Made by a program: the position numbers and the translations under genes. Positions 55,012 to 64,000 of a stretch of 64,000 nt of DNA are shown here, piece after piece (position 1 is the stretch's first letter; each line of letters begins with the position of its first letter). This stretch comes from an uncultured Candidatus Binatia bacterium. GTDB lineage: Bacteria > Desulfobacterota > Binatia > UBA9968 > JAJDTQ01. The stretch lies in NCBI GenBank assembly GCA_964291295.2, contig OZ219754.1, positions 2,784,001 to 2,848,000 of the forward strand, in the 5' to 3' direction. A model generated the notes under the pieces. That model saw only the letters and a list, made by a program, of their open reading frames with translations, was not told where the DNA came from and did not search any database.

Positions 55012-57405
55012 TCAGAGGCCGCCGACCGCGCCGATGGCGAAACCGACAATCTCCTTGTGATCGGTGGGTTCCGCGTTCAGCGGCACTGCCCAACTCAAGT
55101 TCACCGGGCCGATGGGCGAACGCCACTGCATCGCCAGACCCACCGAGCGCTTGAGATCCTCGATGCTTATGTTCTCGGACGGCCCGAACGCCTGTCCCTG
55201 GTCGAAGAACGCCGAACCCCTGAAGCCCCACTGCTGCAGGATCGGAAAATGCAGCGCCGCCTTCAGGATCAATTGCTTGTTGCCTCCCACCGCCTCGGGA
55301 TCATCACACTCCGGATCGTCGCCCGGACACTCCTGCGGACCCAGGGTACGGTACTCGTAACCACGCACCGAGTAGATGCCTCCGGCGAAGTAGCGTTCGA
55401 ACAGCGGCAATTCGCGATCATTCCAGGACTCTGCGTAACCGATCCGCCCGCCCAGCATCAGGGCGAAGTTCTCACCCCACTCGAAGTCCTTGAGGATGGG
55501 GTAGTACCATGTCAGCGAGGCGTCGCTCCGCATGAATCGGTTGTCGCCCCCCAGTCCGGCGAGTTTGACCGACAGCACCGACCGCACCCCCTCGGTGGGC
55601 GAGAAGAAGTGGTTGCGCGTGTCGTACCGCAGCCTTGTCCGGACGGCGCTGGTGAGGGACCTGCCGGGCTTGATGCTCAACGGCGCGTCGGCGTCCACGT
55701 CCGTGATCTTGGAACGGAACAGTTCGTAGCCGATATCGCCGTGGAGATGGTCCAGGATGGAGAAGCCCGGTTCCATGTAGGGTCCGTCGCCGCGCAGGAC
55801 GTCGGCGCGGCGGCCGAAGTAGGGCAGCCGGACATAACGCATGGGCACGCCGATACGGGTGGCAAACCCGCTGCGCCGGTTGGTCCAGGAAGTGTACTCG
55901 ACGGTGGTATGAACGACATCGAGGCCCAAGTCCGCACGGCTGCCGAAGACACGCGGCTCCACCAGGCCGACCACGATATCCTGATCGGTATCGCTGAGGT
56001 CGAGGCTGGCCGATACCCGCCTGCCGGTGCCGAACAGATTGCGCTCCTCAAGCGAGGTTCGGAACGAGAAGGCGCTGGCGGTGCTGTAGCCGGCGCCGAC
56101 GCTGAACGTTCCGGTAGGCGCCTCCTCAACCTTCACCAGCAGGTCCACCTGGTCTTCCTTCCCGGACTTTTCGGTGGAGACGACAACGTCCTTGAAGAAA
56201 CCGGTCCGCAACAAGGCGTTGCGGCTCTCCGTCACCCGGGTGGAAGAGAAGCGCCCCTTCTCCGCCACTTCCAGCTCGCGGCGAATCACCTTGTCCCGGG
56301 TCTTGACGTTCCCGGCGATCTTCACCTGGTTGAAGAACACCGGCGGCCCGCGCTTGATGGCGTACGTGACGTTCACCAGACGGCCGTCGGGGTCGAACCG
56401 GGTGACGGGCGAAACGTCCGCGAACGCATAACCGCGGTCGGCATACCGTTGCTTGAGAGCGGTCACGTCATTGAGCAGCCGGCTCCTTCGAAAGATCTGC
56501 CCCGATGTCAGGGTCACGTCTTCCAGCAATCGGCCTGGGTCGTCCTCGAGGTCCCCCCCCAGCCTTACCTCGCCGACCCGATAACGTTCGCCCTCCTGAA
56601 TCCGGATGACGACCTCCAGCCACTCGTCGCGTGTGAGTATGACAGGCTCGTCGATCTTGTGGTTGACGAATCCGTGATCGTAATAGAAGGAGGACAACAG
56701 CGTGGTGTCGTTGGTCAGCACGTCCGGATCCAGAATGCCGCGGCTGCTGAACGGAAGGAACCACTTCTCCTTCGTGTTCATGATGTCCTTCAACTCATCG
56801 TCGGAGAACTCCCGGTTTCCCTCGAAGGTGATCTTCCTGATCCGCAGGGTCCTGCCTTCGGTAATGGTGACGGTGACGGTGGTCTGGTTGTTCTCCTCGG
56901 CCGTCAGGGCATAGTCGACGCGGGTGTTGACGTGCCCCGCCTCGCTGTAGAGCCGCAGCACCCGTTGCAGGCCTTCCTGGAGCCGGCCGCCATCCAGAGC
57001 GGTCCGCAGCCGGATCCCCAAGGCGGCTTCGATGTCTTCCGTCGACAGCTTGTCGTTGCCCAGAATCTCCACCTGCTTGACGTACGGCCGCTCTTCGACC
57101 GCGTAGGTCAGGATCCCCTCAGCGGAGAAATCCGCGCTCACGTCGTCGAAAAAGCCCATGCGGTAGATGGCCTTGACGTCGCGGCTTACCGCGTCCTGAT
57201 CGAAGGGCTGCCCCGGCTGCACCTGAATGCTCAGACGGATGGCGTCCTCGTCGACCCGCAGGTTGCCCTGGACGCGGACCTCGTTGACGAGCGCAGCCGC
57301 CGGCGCAAGACTGTTCCAGGCCGCAAGACCGAACGCGGCTGCGAGGAATGCGGCGGCAAGACGGCCCGCAGTCTTGCCGCCAATTTTTCCCGCAGTCTTG
57401 CCCAT
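55012..57405 (-). CDS. bamA: outer membrane protein assembly factor BamA
   Basis: Five POTRA-like repeats, GN.KTRDKVIRRE, SVRGY, WRSPIGP; start at ATG 57405 is an estimate. Confidence 0.93.
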   Translation of the reverse strand: MGKTAGKIGGKTAGRLAAAFLAAAFGLAAWNSLAPAAALVNEVRVQGNLRVDEDAIRLSIQVQPGQPFDQDAVSRDVKAIYRMGFFDDVSADFSAEGILTYAVEERPYVKQVEILGNDKLSTEDIEAALGIRLRTALDGGRLQEGLQRVLRLYSEAGHVNTRVDYALTAEENNQTTVTVTITEGRTLRIRKITFEGNREFSDDELKDIMNTKEKWFLPFSSRGILDPDVLTNDTTLLSSFYYDHGFVNHKIDEPVILTRDEWLEVVIRIQEGERYRVGEVRLGGDLEDDPGRLLEDVTLTSGQIFRRSRLLNDVTALKQRYADRGYAFADVSPVTRFDPDGRLVNVTYAIKRGPPVFFNQVKIAGNVKTRDKVIRRELEVAEKGRFSSTRVTESRNALLRTGFFKDVVVSTEKSGKEDQVDLLVKVEEAPTGTFSVGAGYSTASAFSFRTSLEERNLFGTGRRVSASLDLSDTDQDIVVGLVEPRVFGSRADLGLDVVHTTVEYTSWTNRRSGFATRIGVPMRYVRLPYFGRRADVLRGDGPYMEPGFSILDHLHGDIGYELFRSKITDVDADAPLSIKPGRSLTSAVRTRLRYDTRNHFFSPTEGVRSVLSVKLAGLGGDNRFMRSDASLTWYYPILKDFEWGENFALMLGGRIGYAESWNDRELPLFERYFAGGIYSVRGYEYRTLGPQECPGDDPECDDPEAVGGNKQLILKAALHFPILQQWGFRGSAFFDQGQAFGPSENISIEDLKRSVGLAMQWRSPIGPVNLSWAVPLNAEPTDHKEIVGFAIGAVGGL

Positions 57406-57558
57406 CTTGCTGATGGTGTTTTTTCTGTTGGTAATTCGCACGGGTCCGTTCACGACGCACCGGGTCTGCCTGTGTCTGCTAACAAGTTCCCACCCCGTTG
57501 TAAAGCGTGGAACCCCTGGTCGAAGGCACGCGTCCGATCCGATGCGCACACCGCGGGG

Positions 57559-58242
57559 CTATCCCGCAAAGGGCGAGAGGCGGCCGCCGCGAAGCTCGAG
57601 CTGCCGGTTCATGCGGGTGGCCAACTGGCGATTGTGGGTCGTGACGATCAGCCCCAGACCGCGCTGCTCGTTGAGGTCGCAAAGGAGATCCCCGATTTCG
57701 CCGGCGGTGACGGGATCGAGATTGCCGGTGGGCTCGTCGGCAAGGATGACCCGCGGTTCCATTACCAGCGAGCGCGCAATGGCCACCCGCTGCTGTTCGC
57801 CGCCGGAGAGCTCCCCCGGGCGGTGCGTCAGCCGGTGTCCCAGGCCGACGGACTCCAGCAGCCCGAGTGCGGCCATGCGTGCCCCGGAGCGGTCCCGGCG
57901 GGCGATGAGCGCCGGCATCATGACGTTCTCGAGGGCGCTGAAGTCGGGAAGAAGATGGTGGAACTGGAAGACGAAGCCGATGGTCCGATTCCGCAGGTGC
58001 GAGACCTCGTCGTCGCTCCAGCGGGTGATGTCGCGCCCCTCGTAGCGCACCGTCCCCCGGTCCGGGCGTTCGAGAGTCCCGATGATATAGAGCAGGGTGC
58101 TCTTGCCGATACCGGACTCGCCGATGATGGCAAGACGCTCGCTCCGGCCCAGTGACAGATCCAGGTCGGCGAGCACGTCCACCTTCCGGCTGCCCCCGGC
58201 AAAGGACTTTGCCAGCCCTCGCACTTCGATCAACGACGACAC
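57559..58242 (-). CDS. lolD: lipoprotein-releasing ABC transporter ATPase
   Basis: GESGIGKST, FVFQFHHLL, LSGGEQQR, DEPTGNLD. Confidence 0.9.
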   Translation of the reverse strand: MSSLIEVRGLAKSFAGGSRKVDVLADLDLSLGRSERLAIIGESGIGKSTLLYIIGTLERPDRGTVRYEGRDITRWSDDEVSHLRNRTIGFVFQFHHLLPDFSALENVMMPALIARRDRSGARMAALGLLESVGLGHRLTHRPGELSGGEQQRVAIARSLVMEPRVILADEPTGNLDPVTAGEIGDLLCDLNEQRGLGLIVTTHNRQLATRMNRQLELRGGRLSPFAG

Positions 58243-58248
58243 GTTCCT

Positions 58249-59493
58249 CTACTCGTACCGAATGACGTCCACGGGATGCAGTCGGGCCGCCTGCCGCGCC
58301 GGGTAAATGCTCGCCAGACAGCAGATGGCCAGGGAGGCCAGCGCCACCAGCGCGAAGTACAGAGGGGAGATGCTTACCGGTACGGTGGAAACGGGAAAGA
58401 CGCCCTCGGGCAACTCGATGAACCGGTAGCGCTGAAGCAACAGCGCCAGCACGTAGCCGATGACGACCCCGGACAGCGTGCCGATGGCGCCGATGATCCA
58501 TCCCTTCAGCAGGAAGATCCGCCGTATGCTGCCGGCGGATGCGCCCATTGATCGCAACACCGCGATATCCTTGCGTTTCTCCATCACCACCATGATCAGC
58601 GTCGAAACGATGTTGAAGGCCGCGATCAAGACCATCAGCAACAGCACCAGGAAGTATACGGTCTTCTCCAGCCGCAGGGCGGCGAACAGGTTGGGCCAGA
58701 GACGTGTCCAGTCCTCCACCCGATATCTCTGACCCACGTCGCGCTGGATCTCCGCGGCAATGCCCTGCGCGTCCGAGACGTCGTCCACGGCGATCTGGAT
58801 GCTGGTGGCGACCTTGCCGGTGCCGAAGAACCGCTGTGCATCCGCCAGGCTCAGAAAGACCAGACCGACGTCGTACTGGCGCATGCCGGAGTCGAAGACG
58901 CCGACCACGGCAAACCGCCTTATCCGTGGAACAATGCCCACCGCGGTGGGGCTGCCGACAGGCGAAACCGCCTGCAGTGCATCGCCCTTGCCCACCTGGA
59001 GCTTCTCCGCGAGCCGGTGACCGATGATGATCCCGGGGAGGAGCAGCCGGCGCCCGTCCACCACCACCGGGGTGCGGGTGGTGAGATCGCCCGGGCGTCC
59101 CTGTTGCAGGTAGGTCTGGAGGTCCACATGGGAACGGTCCGGGTCGATGCCGCGCACCAGTACCCCGGTCACCCGGCTCCCCGCCGTGAGGATGATCTGT
59201 CCGGTGAGGACCGGAGCCGCCGTGTTCACGTCTTCCCGGCTCTCCAGTCGTCCGGCCAGTTCGTCGTAGCCGGTCAGATAGGAGGCCGGCTTGACCAGCT
59301 CGATATGCGCGTGCAACCCCAGGAGACGATCCCTGAACACTTCCTCGAATCCGGTCATGACGGCGATGGCGACGTTCAGGGTCACCACTGCGATCATGAC
59401 CCCGAGGATGGAAATCAGGGTGAGCAGGGAAATGAACCGTTCGCTGCGCCGGGCCCGGAGATAGCGCAGCCCCACGAACAATTCGTACCGCAT
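58249..59493 (-). CDS. lipoprotein-releasing ABC transporter permease (LolC/E)
   Basis: GLRYLR, AVMTGF, AAFNIVSTL...EKRKDIAVLRSMG, YPARQAA...IRYE. Confidence 0.92.
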   Translation of the reverse strand: MRYELFVGLRYLRARRSERFISLLTLISILGVMIAVVTLNVAIAVMTGFEEVFRDRLLGLHAHIELVKPASYLTGYDELAGRLESREDVNTAAPVLTGQIILTAGSRVTGVLVRGIDPDRSHVDLQTYLQQGRPGDLTTRTPVVVDGRRLLLPGIIIGHRLAEKLQVGKGDALQAVSPVGSPTAVGIVPRIRRFAVVGVFDSGMRQYDVGLVFLSLADAQRFFGTGKVATSIQIAVDDVSDAQGIAAEIQRDVGQRYRVEDWTRLWPNLFAALRLEKTVYFLVLLLMVLIAAFNIVSTLIMVVMEKRKDIAVLRSMGASAGSIRRIFLLKGWIIGAIGTLSGVVIGYVLALLLQRYRFIELPEGVFPVSTVPVSISPLYFALVALASLAICCLASIYPARQAARLHPVDVIRYE

Positions 59494-59495
59494 CG

Positions 59496-60971
59496 TCAGG
59501 TGCGCAGGAGCGGGAACAGGATCACGTCCCGAATCGACGCCGAATCGGTCAGCAGCATCACCAGCCGGTCGATTCCGATCCCCTCTCCCGCGGCCGGGGG
59601 CATGGCGTACTCCAGGGCGCGCAGGTAGTCCTCGTCCCCCTCACAGGCGGTGTCGTCCCCGGCGCGTCGGGCCGCAGCCTGTTCCTCGAACCGCCGCCGT
59701 TGGTCGAACGGATCGTTCAGCTCGGAAAAGGCGTTGGCGAGTTCCCTGCCGCCGATAAAGCACTCGAAGCGGTCGACCCGCTCCGGAGCGGTATCGTTGC
59801 GCCGCGCCAGGGGCGAAACCTCCAGCGGATAACCGACCACGAAGGTGGGCTGGATCAAGTGGGGCTCCACCAAGTGCTCGAACAGTTCCACCAGCAACTT
59901 GCCACGGCCAAGTTGCGGATCGAGCTTGAGGGAGCGGCGTTCCGCGAGTCGCCGCAAAGCCCCGGTGCTGGCCAGCTCCGACTCCTCCACGCCGGCGTAC
60001 CGGGCCACGCCTTCGGCAAGGGAAAGGCGCTCCCAGGGCGGTTCCAGGTTCACCTCATGCTCCCCCCAGGGAATGCGCAGGCTGCCGCGCACCTCCTGCG
60101 CCAACGCGACAACGAGCTCTTCGGTAAGCGCCATCATGTCCTCGAAGTCGGCGTAGGCCTGATAGAACTCGACCATCGTGAACTCGGGATTGTGGCGGGT
60201 GGAAAGACCCTCGTTGCGGAAGTTCCGGTTCAGCTCGAACACCCGGTCGAAGCCGCCTACCAGCAGTCGCTTGAGAAACAGCTCCGGGGCCACCCGCAGA
60301 TAGAGATCCAGGTCCAGGGCGTTATGGTGCGTGACGAAGGGCCTGGCCGAGGCGCCGCCCGCCAAGGGTTGCATCATCGGGGTCTCGACCTCCAGAAACC
60401 CCCGCTGCTCCAGGAAGGCGCGTGTCCGCGCGATGATTCGGGAGCGGCTCCGGAACACCTCGCGAACCTCCGCATTGACCATCAGGTCCACATACCGCTG
60501 CCGGTAGCGGGTCTCCACGTCCTTCAGCCCATGCCATTTCTCGGGCAGGGGGCGGATGCACTTGCTCAGCAGCCTGACTTCCCGGGCCTCGATGGTGAGC
60601 TCCCGGGTGCGCGTACGGAAGAGACGCCCGCTCACGCCCGCGATGTCGCCCACGTCCAGCGAACGGACCCGTTCATAGGACTCATCCCCCAGCCTGTCCT
60701 TGCGTGCGTACACCTGCAGCCGCCCGCTGCCGTCCTCCAGCTCGAAAAACGCCGCCCGGCCGTGGGGTCGGAGCGCACGGATGCGTCCTCCCAGCGAGAA
60801 CTCTTCCTCCAGCGCTTCCAGCTCGGGTGGTTCGAGACCGCCGTGACGGTCGCGGATGGAGCGGGCGGTATGGGTGGGACGAAAGTCGTTGGGATAGGCG
60901 GACCGGCCCTGGGCCTGCAGCTTCGCCACCTTCTGGCGGCGCACCGTCATCTGCTCATTGACGTCGTCCAT
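59496..60971 (-). CDS. lysS: lysine--tRNA ligase (class II)
   Basis: [38 protein letters not shown]. Confidence 0.97.
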   Translation of the reverse strand: MDDVNEQMTVRRQKVAKLQAQGRSAYPNDFRPTHTARSIRDRHGGLEPPELEALEEEFSLGGRIRALRPHGRAAFFELEDGSGRLQVYARKDRLGDESYERVRSLDVGDIAGVSGRLFRTRTRELTIEAREVRLLSKCIRPLPEKWHGLKDVETRYRQRYVDLMVNAEVREVFRSRSRIIARTRAFLEQRGFLEVETPMMQPLAGGASARPFVTHHNALDLDLYLRVAPELFLKRLLVGGFDRVFELNRNFRNEGLSTRHNPEFTMVEFYQAYADFEDMMALTEELVVALAQEVRGSLRIPWGEHEVNLEPPWERLSLAEGVARYAGVEESELASTGALRRLAERRSLKLDPQLGRGKLLVELFEHLVEPHLIQPTFVVGYPLEVSPLARRNDTAPERVDRFECFIGGRELANAFSELNDPFDQRRRFEEQAAARRAGDDTACEGDEDYLRALEYAMPPAAGEGIGIDRLVMLLTDSASIRDVILFPLLRT

Positions 60972-60978
60972 GCGCGGG

Positions 60979-61332
60979 TCAAAGCATGCCGAGCTGCAGC
61001 TTGGCCGCGTCCGACATGAGCCCGATATCCCAAGGCGGCTCCCAGACCACCTCGACGTGCACGTCCTTGACGCCGTCCACCGCCCGGACCTTCTCTTCCA
61101 CCTCCATGGGAAGAGACTGGGCGGCGGGGCAGTTGGGTGCGGTGAGGGTCATGGAAATGGACGCATTGCCGAGGGGGTCCACCTCCACGCCGTAGATCAG
61201 GCCCATTTCGTAGATGTTGACCGGCACCTCGGGGTCGTAGCAAGTCTGCAAGGCCTCGATGACCCGCCTCTCCATCTCTTTCTGGTCGGCAATCGTTTCC
61301 ACGAATGTCTCGCGCTCCGCTATTTGTCTCAC
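60979..61332 (-). CDS. sufT: Fe-S assembly factor SufT (DUF59)
   Basis: DPEVPVNIYEMGLIY, MTLTAPNCP, VWEPPW. Confidence 0.9.
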   Translation of the reverse strand: MRQIAERETFVETIADQKEMERRVIEALQTCYDPEVPVNIYEMGLIYGVEVDPLGNASISMTLTAPNCPAAQSLPMEVEEKVRAVDGVKDVHVEVVWEPPWDIGLMSDAAKLQLGML

Positions 61333-61338
61333 GCACCG

Positions 61339-61791
61339 CTACTCGGTGCTGACCGCTCCGTCCGCGCCATCAAGGGCGGCGCGCAGGGTGTGCCATGCCA
61401 GCGTAGCGCACTTGACGCGCGAGGGATAGGCCCGGACGCCGGCAAAGGCCGCCAGCTTGCCCATGCCGGGGAGATCGGACTCCCTTCCATCGTCGCCCGC
61501 CACCATCTGATGGAACCGCTCGAACAGGCTCTCGGCGTGCTCGCGCGTCTGCCGCTTCACGCTCTCGGTCATGACCGACGCGGAGGCGATGGAGATGGCG
61601 CAGCCCGTGCCCTCGAACCGGACCTCCTTCACCGCGCCGTCTTCCACCTGCAGGTGGATGGTGATCTTGTCACCGCACAGAGGATTGAGACCCCGGGCGC
61701 TTCGATTGGCCGCCGCCAGCGGACCGAAGTTCCGCGGCCGGCGGTTGTGATCCAGGATCAACTCCTGGTAGAGCTCCCGGAGATCAGACAC
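61339..61791 (-). CDS. sufU: SUF system NifU-family protein SufU
   Basis: LYQELILDH, NPLCGD, GCAISIASAS, RVKCATLAWH. Confidence 0.93.
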   Translation of the reverse strand: MSDLRELYQELILDHNRRPRNFGPLAAANRSARGLNPLCGDKITIHLQVEDGAVKEVRFEGTGCAISIASASVMTESVKRQTREHAESLFERFHQMVAGDDGRESDLPGMGKLAAFAGVRAYPSRVKCATLAWHTLRAALDGADGAVSTE

Positions 61792-63055
61792 CGCCGAACA
61801 GCCTCCGTACCGTTTCCAGAGCGTCGGCCAGCAGATCCACCTCGGCCTCCGTGTTGTAGCATGCGAAGGAGACGCGGACGGTGGCGGGAACGCCGAACCG
61901 CTCCATGACCGGCATGGCGCAGTGATGGCCGGCCCGCACCGCGATCCCCTGCTGGTCGAGGACCGTGCCGATGTCATGGGCGTGGATGTCGTCCAGGACG
62001 AACGACACCAGGGAGGCCCGGCGACCGGGCGTCCCCACCAGCCGCACGCCGGGAATCCGGACGAGCCGCTCCACGGCATGCGCCACCACCCGGTCCTCGT
62101 GGCGCGCCACCGTCTTCAGGCCCAGTCCGGTCAGGTACTCCACCGCCGCCCCCAGTCCGACCACACCGGCGATATTCGGTGTCCCGGCCTCGAACTTGTA
62201 GGGCAGCACATTGTACTCGGTCTCCTCGAAGCTGACCGAGAGGATCATGTCACCACCGCCCTGATAGGGTGGCATCTCTTCCAGCAGACCGGCCTTGCCG
62301 TAGAGCACCCCGACACCGGTGGGGCCATAGAGCTTGTGGCCGGAGAAGGCGTAGAAGTCGCAGTCGAGGTCCCGGACGTCCACCGTCATGTGCGGCACCG
62401 CCTGGGCACCGTCCACCAGCACCGGAACGCCGGCTCCACGGGCAGCCGCGATCATCTGCTTGACGGGGTTCACCGTTCCCAGGGCGTTGGAAACATGGGG
62501 CACCGCCAACAGCCGCGTCCTGGGACCCAGGAGCCGGTGGAACCGGTCCATCACCAGATCGCCGTCATCGTCCACCGGAATCACCCGCAGCGCCGCCCCC
62601 CTCTCGCGACAGATGAGCTGCCAGGGAACGATGTTGGAGTGATGCTCCATGGCGGAGACGACCACCTCGTCGCCGGCCTGCAGATGCGTACCGCCGTAGC
62701 ACCGGGCCACCAGGTTGATGGCCTCGGTGGTACCGCGGACAAAGACGATCTCCCGGTCCTCGGCGGCATTGAGAAACTTCCGGACCGTCGTCCTCGCCCC
62801 TTCATAGGCGCGCGTCGCCATCTCGCTCAGCCGGTGAACGCCTCGATGAATGTTGGCATTCTCGGTCTCGTAGTACTGCGCAACGCGCCGGATCACCGCC
62901 CGCGGCTTCTGGGCCGTCGCCGCGTTGTCGAGGTAGACCAGCGGCCTGCCGTGAACGGTCTGGTCGAGAACGGGAAAATCCTCCCGTACCCGCATCACGT
63001 CGAAGCCGTTTGCCGGCTTCCGCCAATCTGCCTTCGTGGCGTATCGCATCTTCAT
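61784..63055 (-). CDS. sufS: cysteine desulfurase SufS
   Basis: YLDNAATAQKP, EHHSN, DGAQ, SGHK, RAGHHCA. Confidence 0.95.
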   Translation of the reverse strand: MKMRYATKADWRKPANGFDVMRVREDFPVLDQTVHGRPLVYLDNAATAQKPRAVIRRVAQYYETENANIHRGVHRLSEMATRAYEGARTTVRKFLNAAEDREIVFVRGTTEAINLVARCYGGTHLQAGDEVVVSAMEHHSNIVPWQLICRERGAALRVIPVDDDGDLVMDRFHRLLGPRTRLLAVPHVSNALGTVNPVKQMIAAARGAGVPVLVDGAQAVPHMTVDVRDLDCDFYAFSGHKLYGPTGVGVLYGKAGLLEEMPPYQGGGDMILSVSFEETEYNVLPYKFEAGTPNIAGVVGLGAAVEYLTGLGLKTVARHEDRVVAHAVERLVRIPGVRLVGTPGRRASLVSFVLDDIHAHDIGTVLDQQGIAVRAGHHCAMPVMERFGVPATVRVSFACYNTEAEVDLLADALETVRRLFGGV

Positions 63056-63142
63056 TGCCGCATCTTCACTTTTGCCTGGTCGGCCGCGCGCCGGCCCGAA
63101 GCCGGCCGCGGCGCCCCACCGCGTTCCGGTCAGCCTTTCCGG

Positions 63143-64000
63143 TCAGCCTCCCAAGTCCGAGAACACCCGGTCCGCGATGCCGGCGCGCAATGGCTCGATG
63201 GCGACGACGTCGAGGACTTCGCTGGCGAACCCCTGGACCAGCAACTCCCTGGCCCGCATCTCGTTCAGGCCTCGCGAGCGCAGGTAGAAGAGCTCGTCCG
63301 CTTCGAGCTGTCCGATGGTGGTTCCGTGGGAACAGCGGACGTCGTCGGCCAGGATCTCCAACTGCGGTTTGCTGTCGACTTCCGCGTCCCGGGACAGCAG
63401 GAGATTCTTGTTGGACTGCTGCGCGTCGGTCTTCCGGGCCTCCTTGTGCACGATGACCTTGCCGTTGAACACCCCCCTGGAGCGTCCGCTCAACACCCCC
63501 TTGTAGAGCTCGCGGCTGGTGCCGTGGGGCCTGGCGTGCTCCACGGTGGTGCGTTGGTCCACGTGCTGCGCTCCACCCGCCACGGAGAGGCCGTGAAGCA
63601 GGCAGTCGGCCCCCTCGCCGTCGAGCCGCGCATTGATCTCCACCCGGGTCATGGCGCCGCCGGAGGTGACGGAAAGCGACCGATAGCGGCTGTTGCGTGC
63701 CTGGCGCACCTGGACCGTGCCGATGTGGAACGCCCCGGCGCCTTCGCGCAGCAGCCGGTAGTGATCGAGTTCGGCATTGTCCTCCAGGACGACCTCGGTG
63801 ACCGCGTTGGTGCAGTAGGGCGCGTCGCCCGACCCGGCATAGGTTTCCACCAGCGTGAGCCGGCTGCCGGCGCCCACCACCACCAGGGTCCGGGGGTGCC
63901 GCATGCGGTTGGATACCTGCCCGGGATCGGCGAGAAAGGCCAGGTGCACGGGACGGTCCAGAACCCGGTCCGGACCGACGCACACTGCGCCGCCGTCCTC
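63143..64000 (-). CDS. sufD: Fe-S cluster assembly protein SufD (5' part outside the window)
   Basis: KPQLEILADDVRCSHG, LFYLRSRG. Confidence 0.92.
   Translation of the reverse strand, partial: EDGGAVCVGPDRVLDRPVHLAFLADPGQVSNRMRHPRTLVVVGAGSRLTLVETYAGSGDAPYCTNAVTEVVLEDNAELDHYRLLREGAGAFHIGTVQVRQARNSRYRSLSVTSGGAMTRVEINARLDGEGADCLLHGLSVAGGAQHVDQRTTVEHARPHGTSRELYKGVLSGRSRGVFNGKVIVHKEARKTDAQQSNKNLLLSRDAEVDSKPQLEILADDVRCSHGTTIGQLEADELFYLRSRGLNEMRARELLVQGFASEVLDVVAIEPLRAGIADRVFSDLGG

Overview
GC-rich bacterial chromosome segment; gene content resembles Deltaproteobacteria/Binatia-like lineages (inference only). From left to right: tldE/tldD, a TerB-family gene, a DOPA-dioxygenase gene, and a ~410-nt promoter-to-terminator unit with no long ORF (candidate ncRNA). 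Then a GMC oxidoreductase and a glutaredoxin/DUF35/thiolase/SDR/LLM catabolic cluster. An ~8.5-kb IS-rich island (9254-17778) holds a DUF4338(DruA-like)-IS4 element, truncated IS4/ISAs1/IS630 pieces, a TbpB-like surface lipoprotein with an in-frame C19 tract, and an Rpn nuclease. Next come MFS, thioesterase, AsmA, RecD2, amidohydrolases, an XdhA-like subunit, frmA, rmuC, an M48 peptidase, rpiA, a ~1720-aa exonuclease-RecQ-UvrD fusion, two RRM proteins and infA. The window ends in a ~19-kb minus-strand run sufD-sufS-sufU-sufT-lysS-lolC/E-lolD-bamA-skp-lpxD-fabZ-(lpxA remnant)-lpxI-gnnA-like-lpxB-msbA-waaA-lpxK-kdkA. The top leads are the candidate structured RNA, the almost deleted lpxA, and the phase-variable-looking lipoprotein with its DUF4338/Rpn mobile neighbourhood. 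No tRNA, rRNA or CRISPR array was seen. All assignments are from motif recognition by eye; no database searches were run.
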